DNA of 33,314 nucleotides from Basidiobolus ranarum (Eukaryota): NCBI GenBank assembly GCA_040143965.1, contig JASJQH010000076.1, positions 1 to 33,314 of the forward strand, read 5' to 3'. Shown piece by piece: positions 32,401 to 33,314 of this stretch (position 1 is its first letter; each line of letters starts with the position of its first letter). The notes under the pieces were generated by a model. It saw only the letters and a program-made list of their open reading frames with translations, ran no database searches and was not told where the DNA came from. The position numbers and the translations under genes were made by a program.

Positions 32401-33314
32401 TTTCTTCCTCAAAGAGTCAGAGTATATCAATATTAGAAAGGGTGGTAAAAAGGGTAAAGGTAAAGATAAGCACGCATGTGGATATCCTATCGTTGTATTA
32501 TTGGGCTTGTTAGATAGGTCTAGCTTCCTAAAGAGTTCTACGTTAATGGATCAGTTGATGCACCTTCTTGCGACTATATGTAAACCGTTGTCTTCATTAG
32601 CTCGCAAATCTGCTACTGAGACAGCCAAAAAGGTTGTAGATGAACCAAGTCAACCTACTGTTGGGGATGCTGAAACTACCGAGCAAGTTCCGTCGACTGA
32701 AGTTGAAAATATTTCGAATGTAGAGGAGAAAGAAGACAACAAAAATACCTCACTAGAGGAGAAAGACAAGCCGTTCAAGCCTCCAGTGATACCTGAAAAT
32801 TGTCTTCGATCAATTGTCAATGTCCTTACCGCGGGAGAATGTAGCAGTAAAACATTCCAATACACTCTATCAGTAATTCAGTACTTGTCTTCTCTTCAGG
32901 GAACCAAGGATGTGATTACATCGGAATTGGTTGCTAGTGCTCAATCTCTTGGCAACAACATTCTTGCTGATTTGTCGGAACTATCTACAATCTTGAATAA
33001 TGCTATGACTGGAAGTGATGTTCAAGGTATTACCTTGGCGAAGTTCTCACCATCATCATCTCAGCAAGCGAAGCTCCTACGTGTACTCAAAACCATTGAT
33101 TACATTTATTCCAAAAAGCAATCGAACGCTTCCAATATCCAAACTGACTCCATCCTACCCGTCAGCAGTCCAGACCCTGATGCTACGGCGAGTCAAACCT
33201 CACCCCCATCCGATATTCAGGAAGACACTCACCGCGATCCGAAGGATGTTTCCGACTTACAAAGTGATGAACAACTTGTTCAAATCTACGGTGATTTGTC
33301 ATTTAAACAACTTT
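23491..33314 (+). CDS. TOM1: E3 ubiquitin ligase Tom1/Ptr1/HUWE1 (HECT domain lies beyond the window), 3'-truncated
   Basis: Exons 23491-23532, 23622-23918, 23978 to beyond 33314. N-terminal WPYPRGDLYNWIIVLDRFDRILE and LLLENCTNRNIYNSYEHLNDLL (DUF908); FIHNEPTSLPILQE and IPNAFGAICLN (DUF913); UBA LIDMGFPRGAAEMAL...AAEYLLTHP (about 27390-27503); acidic tract about 29780-30420 with PDLYRNSSLGMF; three UBM-type repeats GIDPTFLEALPEDLRAEVL, ISAEFLDALPPDIREEVL, MDPASFLASLDPQLRETVL (about 31478-31840). Frame checked as identical at 23978, 31472 and 33242. Confidence 0.96.

Noticed and set aside
1-33314. Whole window as a functional gene cluster, mobile element or RNA-gene locus
   Set aside because: Genes have unrelated housekeeping roles; no transposase, reverse transcriptase, LTR/TIR, tRNA or rRNA signature was seen.

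Overview
Gene-dense eukaryotic DNA with short GT-AG introns (mostly 50-100 bp), most consistent with an early-diverging fungus (Zoopagomycota/Mucoromycota-like; the exact taxon cannot be determined from this window). Genes in order: 5'-truncated intronless GH46 chitosanase (+), BTB/POZ protein (-), 64-aa secreted peptide (-), dynactin p62 (+, 8 exons), BAP31/Yet (-), SWI3/RSC8/SMARCC chromatin-remodeller subunit (-, 3 exons), RNase P subunit Rpr2/Rpp21 (+, 3 exons), a NAB-like (NCD1+NCD2) corepressor (+, 2 exons), a Pro/Tyr/Ser-rich orphan (-), peroxisomal dienoyl-CoA isomerase ECH1 (+, 3 exons), PRP6 (-, 9 exons), ATG15 lipase (+, 4 exons) and the 5' 9.8 kb of the Tom1/HUWE1 HECT ligase (+, runs off the window and is missing from the ORF track). 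Best leads: (1) a fungal gene carrying both conserved domains of the animal EGR corepressor NAB; (2) an unusually long, structured PRP6 intron containing a 22-nt stop-ending cassette (candidate poison exon) that also fits an H/ACA RNA layout; (3) a SWI3 that combines the animal-type BAF155/170 N-terminal module with the fungal/plant ZZ finger and has a candidate C/D snoRNA in intron 1; (4) a bacterial-family chitosanase with a GPI-like tail. All family assignments come from motif recognition against remembered reference sequences; no searches were run.
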